Source: Eledone cirrhosa (lineage: Eukaryota). Taken from it: a DNA stretch of 64,000 bases. Below the pieces are notes generated by a model. The model was given only the letters and a program-made list of their open reading frames with translations. It did no database searches and was not told the origin of the DNA. The translations under genes were made by a program, and so were the position numbers. Below, piece after piece: positions 61,301-64,000 of this stretch (position 1 is its first letter; every line of letters starts with the position of its first letter). The stretch lies in NCBI GenBank assembly GCA_964016885.1, contig OZ024743.1, forward strand, positions 132,432,001 to 132,496,000. Reading direction: 5' to 3'.

Positions 61301-64000
61301 TTTGGTGTTTGGTGCTTGGTGCTTGGTGTTTGGTGCTTGGTGCTTGGTGTTTGTACTTGGTGCTTGGTGCTTGGTGTTTGGTGCTTGGTTCTTGGTGTTT
61401 GGTGCTTGGTGTTTGGTGCTTGGTGCTTGGTGTTTGGTGCTTGGTGCTTGGTGTTTGGTGTTTGGTGCTTGGTCCTTGGTGCTTGGTGTTAGGTGTTTGG
61501 TGCTTGGTGCTTGGTGTTTAGTGTTTGGTTCTTGGTGCTTGGTATTTGGTGCTTGGTGCCTGCTGCTTGGTGTTTGGTGCTTGGTGATTGATGCTTGGTG
61601 TTTGGTGCTTGGTGCCCAGTGTTTGGTTTTTGGTGCTAGGTGCTTGGTGCATGGTGTTTGGTGCTTGGTGTTTGGTGTTTGGTGTTTGGTGCTTGGTGCT
61701 TGGTGTTTGGTGTTTGGTGCTTGGTGCTTGGTGTTTGGTGCTTGGTGCTGGGTGCTGGGTGGTTGGTGTTTGGTGTTTGGTGTTTGGTGCTGGGTGCTTG
61801 GTGTTTGGTGCTTGGTGCTTGGTCTTTGGTCTTTGGTGTTTGGTGTTTGGTGCTTGGTACTTGGTGCTTGGTGTTTGGTGCTTGGTGCTTGGTGTTTGGT
61901 GCTTGGTGCTTAGTGTTTGGTGCTAGGTGCTTGGGGTTTGGTGTTTGGTGCTTGGTGCTTGGTGTTTGGTGCTTGGTGCTTGGTGTTTGGTGTTTGGTGC
62001 TTGGTGCTTGGTGTTTGGTGTTTGGTGTTTGCTGTTTGGTGTTTGGTGTTTGGTGTTTGCTGTTTGGTGTCTGCTTTTTGGTGTTTGGTGTTGGCTGTAT
62101 GTTATTTGCTGTTTGGTGTTTGGTGTTTGGTGTTTGGTGCTTGGTGCTTGGTGTTTGGTGTTTGGTGCTTGGTGCTTGGAGTTTGGTGTTTGGTGCTTGG
62201 TGCTTGGTGTTTTGTGTTTGGTGTTTGGTTTTTGGTGCTTGGTGCTTGGTGCTTGTTGCTTGGTCCTTGGTGTTTGGTGCTTGGTGCTTGGTGTTTGTAC
62301 TTGGTGCTTGGTGCTTGGTGTTTGGTTCTTGGTTCTTGGTGTTTGGTACTTGGTGCTTGGTGCTTGGTGCTTGGTGTTTGGTGTTTGGTGCTTGGTGTTT
62401 GGTGCCTGGTGCTTGGTGCTTGGTGTTAGGTGTTTGGTGCTTGGTGCTTGGTGTTTGGTGCTTGGTGTTTGGTGTTTGCTGTTTGGTGTTTGGTGTTTGG
62501 TGTTTGGTGTTTGCTGTTTGGTGTCTGCTTTTTGGTGTTTGGTGTTTGCTGTATGGTGTTTGCTGTTTCGTGTTTGGTGTTTGCTGTTTGGTGTTTGGTC
62601 TTTGGTGCTTGGTGTTTGGTGCTTGGTGCTTGGTGTTTGGTGTTTGGTGCTTGGTGCTTGGTGCTTCGTGTTTGGTGTTTGGTGCTTGGTGTCTGGAGCT
62701 TGGTGTTTGGTGTTTGGTGCTTGGTGTTTGGTGTTTGGTGCTTGGTGCTTGGTGTTTGGTGCTTGGTGCTTGGTGTTTGTACTTGGTGCTTGGTGCTTGG
62801 TGTTTGGTGCTTGGTTCTTGGTGTTTGGTGCTTGGTGTTTGGTGTTTGGTGCTTGGTGCTTGGTGTTTGGTGCTTGGTTCTTGGTGTTTGGTGCTTGGTG
62901 TTTGGTGCTTGGGGATTGGTGTTTGGTACTTGGTGCTTGGTGCTTGGTGTTTGGTGCTTGGTGCTTGGTGTTTGGTGTTTGGTGCTTGGTGCTTGGTATT
63001 TGGTGCTTGGTGCTTGGTGTTTGGTGTTTGGTGCTTGGTGCTTGGTGTTTGGTGCTTGGTGCTTGGTGCTTGTTGTTTGGTGATTGGTGCTTGGTGCTTG
63101 GTGTTTGGTGTTTGGTGCTTGGGGCTTGGTTTTTGGTGCTGCGTGCTTGGTGCTTGGTGCTTGGTGCTTGGTGCTTGGTGTTTGATGCTTGGTGTTTGAT
63201 GCTTTGTGTTTGGTGTTTGGTGTTTGGTGCTTGGTGTTTGGTGTTTGATGCTTGGTGCTTGATGCTTGGTGCTTGGTGCTTGGTGTTTGGTGCTTGGTGC
63301 TTGGTGTTTGGTGTTTGGTGCTTGGTGCTTGGTGTTTGGTGCTTGGTGCTTGGTGCTTGTTGTTTGACGATTGGTACTTGGTACTTGGTGTTTGGTGTTT
63401 GGTGCTTGGGGCTTGGTGTTTGGTGCTGCGTGCTTGGTGCTTGGTGCTTGGTGTTTTGTGTTTGGTGTTTGATGCTTGGTGCTTGGTGTTTGGTGTTTGG
63501 TGCTTGGTGTTTGGTGTTTGCTGTTTGCTGTTTGCTGTTTGCTGTTTGCTGTTTGGTGTTTGGTGTTTGGTGTTTGCTGTTTGGTGTTTGCTGTTTGGTG
63601 TTTGGTGCTTGCTGTTTGGTGCTTGGTGTTTGTTGCTTGGTGCTTGGTGTTTGGTGTTTGGTGTTTGGTGCTTGGTGCTTGGGGCTTGATTTGGTGCTTG
63701 GTGCTTGGTGCTTGGTGTTTGGTGTTTGGTGCTTGGTGTTTGGTGCTTGGTGCTTGGTGCTGGGTGTTTGGTGCTTGGTGTTTGGTGCATGGTGCTTGGT
63801 GCTTGTTGTTTGTCGCTTGTTGCTTGGTGCTTGGTGTTTGGTGCTTGGTGCTTGGTGTTTGGTGTTTGGTGCTTGGTGCTTGGTGTTTGGTGTTTGGTGC
63901 TTGGTGTTTGGTGTTTGGTGCTTGGTGCTTGGTGTTTGCTGCTTGGTACTTGGTGCATGGTGTTTGGTGCTTGGTGTTTGGTGCTTGGTGCTTGGTGTTT
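58390..64000 (+). repeat. Patchwork copy of segments of 52600-57100
   Basis: Private markers recur: CCAGTGT 55946/61616 (offset 5670), TTGGGGA 56023/62909 (6886), 5-bp TTGAT 56814/63686 (6872). ORF pairs 54128/58994 (4866) and 54887/60585 (5698). Confidence 0.82.

Larger units (their letters stand above)
1..64000 (+). repeat. Heptamer tandem satellite array (TTGGTGY)n = (AARCACC)n on the - strand; runs off both window ends
   Basis: Every line parses into 7-bp units TTGGTGT/TTGGTGC with scattered single-base variants (TTGCTGT, TTGATGC, TTGGTGA, TAGGTGY, TTGGGGY). No inversion or unique insert was seen. All six frames translate to rotations of one heptapeptide. Confidence 0.99.

Noticed and set aside
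140-63620. Islands or TTGGTGA-TTAGTGT landmarks as CRISPR-like repeat/spacer structure
   Set aside because: The intervening sequence is the same heptamer repeat rather than unique spacers, spacing is irregular (0.2-3 kb), and there are no palindromic repeats or cas genes.
1-64000. Hundreds of long ORFs on both strands as protein-coding genes (membrane-like or mucin-like repeat proteins)
   Set aside because: All three frames per strand give the same heptapeptide. Stops and 1-2 bp indels are scattered without frame preference, variation follows 7-bp rather than codon position, and there is no non-repetitive domain.
1-64000. Strong G-quadruplex-forming array
   Set aside because: The consensus has only GG tracts with 5-nt loops and GGG/GGGG variants are isolated, so no canonical four-G3-tract motif was seen. 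At most weak two-tier structures are possible.
1-64000. Active canonical telomere (TTAGGG/TTTAGGG type)
   Set aside because: TTTAGGG appears only as isolated variants (e.g. 14281, 16804, 20559) spread by duplication. Exact kb-scale copying of variants fits recombination rather than telomerase addition.
1-64000. Bacterial heptamer repeats (cyanobacterial STRR type) or a pure sequencing artefact
   Set aside because: STRR tracts are short and lie between or within genes. Hierarchical, exactly repeated rare variants with consistent phase arithmetic are not expected from random base-calling noise.
1-64000. Assignment to a specific organism or named satellite (e.g. Drosophila virilis heptamers)
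   Set aside because: The motif AAACACC/AAGCACC differs from AAACTAC/AAACTAT/AAATTAC, and there is no unique sequence here to support any taxonomic call.

Overview
The whole 64 kb window is one uninterrupted, single-orientation heptamer satellite array, consensus (TTGGTGY)n on the + strand (AAACACC/AAGCACC on the - strand), about 9,100 monomers. I see no unique sequence, gene, RNA gene, transposon or CRISPR array. Every listed ORF is a by-product of a stop-free 7-bp repeat: 3 monomers = 21 bp = 7 codons, giving WCLV(L/F)G(A/V) on + and (S/N)TKHQ(A/T)P on -. The array is nevertheless structured at several scales. It has a C/T dimorphism at monomer position 7 and recurrent TTGCTGT-rich islands with a fixed order of rare variants. 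It also has a recurrent 6-bp phase-shifting monomer (TTGTAC), a diverged ~3.8-4.0 kb higher-order unit, several very recent tandem duplications (3836, 5546, 3449/3491, 1727, 1560 bp), and regional subfamilies. An array of this size suggests eukaryotic heterochromatic (centromeric, pericentromeric or subtelomeric) DNA, but the organism and function cannot be determined from the sequence. All counts are by eye and boundaries are approximate to a few monomers.
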